From Utricularia gibba (taxonomy: Eukaryota > Plantae > Magnoliophyta), in contig CM007992.1 of assembly GCA_002189035.1 (NCBI GenBank), forward strand, positions 3,348,001-3,412,000: DNA of 64,000 nucleotides, written 5' to 3'. Below the pieces are notes generated by a model. That model was not told the DNA's origin and did no database searches. It saw only the letters and a program-made list of their open reading frames with translations. This document shows, in pieces, positions 60,298-64,000 of this stretch (position 1 is its first letter; each line of letters opens with the position of its first letter). The position numbers were made by a program, and so were the translations under genes.

Positions 60298-61798
60298 ATG
60301 GGAAGCAATGGAGGAACTAACTATGGATCATACACATATGAAGATCTCGAGAGGGAGCCCTACTGGCCTTCAGAAAAGCTCCGGATTTCCATAACAGGGG
60401 CTGGTGGATTCATTGCTTCTCACATCGCAAGGCGACTGAAGAGTGAAGGCCATTACATCATCGCATCCGACTGGAAGAAGAACGAGCATATGACAGAGGA
60501 CATGTTTTGCCATGAATTCCATCTTGTGGATCTGAGGGTGATGGATAATTGTCTGAAAGTTACCCTGGGAGCCGACCATGTCTTCAACCTTGCGGCCGAC
60601 ATGGGAGGCATGGGCTTCATCCAGTCCAACCACTCCGTCATCATGTACAACAATACCATGATCAGCTTCAACATGATAGAGGCTGCAAGGATCAATGGAG
60701 TGAAGAGGTATTTCTGTCATCTTACTGTGCCGCTTGCCTTCCTGAATTCATCATAAGATGGAGAGCTGAAATCAGTTTATTTGGCTTTAGGTTCTTTTAT
60801 GCTTCTAGTGCCTGTATTTACCCTGAGTTTAAGCAGCTGGATACAAATGTGAGCTTGAAAGAGTCTGATGCCTGGCCTGCTGAGGTTCTGCTTTTTTTCT
60901 AAGAACTTAACCCCCTGAATTCCCTCCTTCCCTGGCTTATCTTCATTCTCCCCCATGGCGTAGCCTCAAGATGCATATGGGCTGGAGAAACTGGCAAGTG
61001 AGGAAATCTGCAAACACTACAACAAGGACTTCGGAATTGAGTGCAGGATTGGCAGGTTTCATAACATCTATGGCCCCTTCGGTACATGGAAAGGTGCTCT
61101 ATCCACTTCGTCCCATTTCCTTACTCACAAAGCCATCGAATAATACTCGGATGTGTGTTCCAGGTGGGCGGGAGAAGGCCCCAGCTGCGTTCTGCAGGAA
61201 GGCCATTACATCTGCTGATAAGTTTGAAATGTGGGGAGATGGCCTGCAAACACGATCCTTTACCTTCATAGACGAATGCGTTGAAGGAGTCTTGAGGTAC
61301 GAGCCCTTCCTGTCAGATCCCACCCCCATCTTCACCAGTCTTCTGAACCGCCAATTCTTTCCAGATTAACGAGATCGGACTTCCGAGAGCCGGTGAACAT
61401 CGGAAGCGACGAAATGGTGAGCATGAACGAAATGGCTGAAATCGTTCTGGGGTTTGAGAACAAGCATGTCACGATTCAGCACATCCCCGGACCGGAGGGC
61501 GTGCGTGGTCGGAACTCCGACAACACCCTCATCAAGGAAAAGCTCGGGTGGGCTCCGTCTATGAAGCTCAAGGTACAGACTTTGCATTCAAAAGGCTACC
61601 CGTTACCTGCATTACAGCTCATGGGCGGCGCGTGTTGGTGCAGGATGGGCTGAGGATCACCTACTTTTGGATCAAGGAGCAGATAGAGAAGGAGAAAGCG
61701 AAGGGCCTGGACTTGTCCGCGTACGCCTCCTCCAAAGTCGTGGGTACGCAAGCCCGGTCCAACTCGGCTCTCTGCGCGCCGCCGATGGCAAGGAATGA
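60298..61798 (+). CDS. GME: GDP-D-mannose 3',5'-epimerase (ascorbate/cell-wall pathway), with an apparent missing C at 61753-61755
   Basis: MGSNGGTNYG..SEKLRISITGAGGFIASHIARRLK; ADMGGMGFIQSNHS; YGLEKLASEE; REKAPAAFCRK; WGDGLQTRSFTFIDECVEGVLR; PEGVRGRNSDN. One extra C restores QAPVQLGSLRAADGKE*. Confidence 0.96.
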
Positions 61799-64000
61799 AC
61801 GAAGGAACAACACCGCAACACGCTTGTCGATTCCATTCCATGTTGTGATTTTGGATGAAATAACGAGCTGAATTTAATATTATAAACACTAAAACTAATT
61901 ATTAATATTTTCAATTTTTTAAAAAATTATTAAATCGAATTTAGTAAATCATGATTTTAGTGCTTTTTATTTCCTATGAAAAAAGGTATTATTTCACTGT
62001 AAAAAGGAGGAGAAAAAAGCTAAATAACTGTAGGAATATGGAAGATAACTCAGATGGCGAGAGTCCATCGTAGGGAAGATAGGGTGAAGATCACCGTATC
62101 AAATCCCCCGCCTCCCATCACCACCGTCCACGTGTGCGTCTGTTGGTGTGAGAGAAACTTTGCAAGGATTTAAACCTTCGTAGGTTAAAATTAATTACAT
62201 TTAGCCTCTCTTTAAAATAAATTATTTTATTAAAATAAATTCAAAAGTTCTAAAGTGGTTTTATTTTTAAAAATTAATTTCAATTATAATTACATAATAT
62301 ATAATTATTTAGATATAAATAATTCAAATTTTTGGTCGCCACAACAAAACTAATTTCCCTCTCTTTGTTATGGTTTGAGAACATGATACATAGATTTAAT
62401 ATTTTTTAGAAAAAAGGTAATTTAAAAATTATATTTCGGTGCTTTAAGATAAAGACGAAAAGGGGCCCACGCGTGGCTCTGGGCAATTCATGTGGGTCCC
62501 ACCGACCCCCTCAGGACACAGTCCTCGTCAGCTTTTTATAATCATTGGGAGGAGGGAGGAAGGAATATGATGCTCGCCGGCCCACCAAAAGCTGACTGAG
62601 CCTCTCAACTGTAAAGACTAAAGTGAGATTAGGCTTCCTCTAATTCCTCCCTAATCTTAATTACGTGCACGTTTTCACACCAGATTCGGACCACTAATTA
62701 CCAACCGCTAATCATAATTAAATCACACCCCTTCACATTTTAGTAAAATAGAATCATTCACAATTTACCTAAAAAATTAATACTAAAATAGATCCTTTAT
62801 TTTCATAAATATAATATACCTATCGAATTTTCTAATCACTTCAAAACTTAGAGAATTGGATGCCCCGCAAAAGCCTGGTGTGATTCCATGGTATTGTTTG
62901 CGATACCAAATTAGAGGTGTGGGTTATGAAATAACGCAAATGTCTTATCAAAGAATTAGAATCAAAATCATCTAATTTGCGTATTTGGGTAGCGAAACAA
63001 TCCATTCATGGGAATCGAAATTTAGGGGGGCTCAAGTGGGTTCATGGGAACTCAAAGGTGTGAGGGCATGTATACAAATTTTAATTCAATATATGAAATA
63101 GATTGTACTAATGATTAAATCATCTTTATACTGTTAATTAAGTGAAGGTAATATCACAAAATAATTTTTCAATCATTATTTTAAATCATAAAAAAAATTA
63201 AATCACTTGTACAAACAGTTAGTAGTGTTGACTCTTCGATAATGATTGAATTATTTTTTAATGATATTTATTAAATAATGAATGGAGGATTATTTTTTAT
63301 ATTCTAGTTAAATTAAAAACGACTAAATCAAGATGGTTAGGAGGATGGGTGACGTAAGATGCGTATAGTGGTAAAAATGTAAATTGATGTTCTGCAGTGC
63401 AGTGGAATTATTGAGAGAGAGAGAGAACAAGGACATATCCGTCCATGGAAAAATTCCAACCTTTACCGCTTTTTTTTGTTCTTTTCTTTGTTTGGAATGA
63501 CCGGAATTAATTAAATTTTATATAAAAAAAAGCAAGAAAAAAATCAAGCAGACTCTTGATTAAAAGGAAAATTCTCTATATTTTATTTGAAAATTAATTA
63601 TTATGTTCATTTTCTAGTAGATTTTATTTTTTCGTGTTTTCCATTTTAGTATTTTACCTCATTTTTTTAAAAAAATCAAATTATTATAAAAATAATAATT
63701 CACGCCGTACGAGGTGGCACGAGTCCTGGCCCCACTTGCGTATTTATAATTTTCTGCGCCCTTTTCAGTGTGCCCGGAAACCCAGAAAACTTCAAGGATA
63801 CGACGTCGCAGGGCCTCGTGTAACGTTTCCTCGCGTGGATAAAAGAGTATTTTTTTTAATAAAAATAATTACGTCCCTTTCCCGAAGGTGTGTAATTCCT
63901 TTTCTAACCTCCACTTTTGACTTTCGGATAAAGAAGCTGAGAAGAAAGGGAAACTTAGCTTTCTTTCGAACACAAGTGCTGCTAATCATGGTCCAAATCG

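Overview
Gene-dense eudicot nuclear DNA. Intron-containing genes in order: CCT-motif protein, PHO1, SF3B5, NDR-type AGC kinase, PMT-type methyltransferase, ALOG/LSH factor, ARM-repeat protein, ADF, AP2/ERF, a tandem-duplicated RING-H2 + PRP-like MAPK-substrate unit, a subfamily-II ethylene receptor, Aux/IAA, GH47 EDEM-like alpha-mannosidase and GDP-mannose 3,5-epimerase. From memory, the order resembles the Arabidopsis PHO1-LSH4-ERF-ETR2-IAA7 block. Highlights: (1) The ETR2-like receptor has an open 661-codon ORF with the Never-ripe/etr2-1 Pro->Leu change, loss of the ethylene-binding His, an etr1-2-site change and no receiver domain; a neighbouring ERF has a degenerate AP2 domain. (2) An intact Ty1/copia element with apparently identical LTRs, an 18-nt tRNA-Trp primer site and a 5-bp TSD sits inside the ALOG coding sequence and creates an immediate stop. 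(3) A ~4.3-kb tandem duplication breaks inside a PRP-like gene, and its two copies later gained different insertions (MITE, LINE). At least five apparent frameshifts are single-base deletions in G/C homopolymers and look like assembly errors rather than biology. All comparisons were made by eye or from memory; no searches were run.
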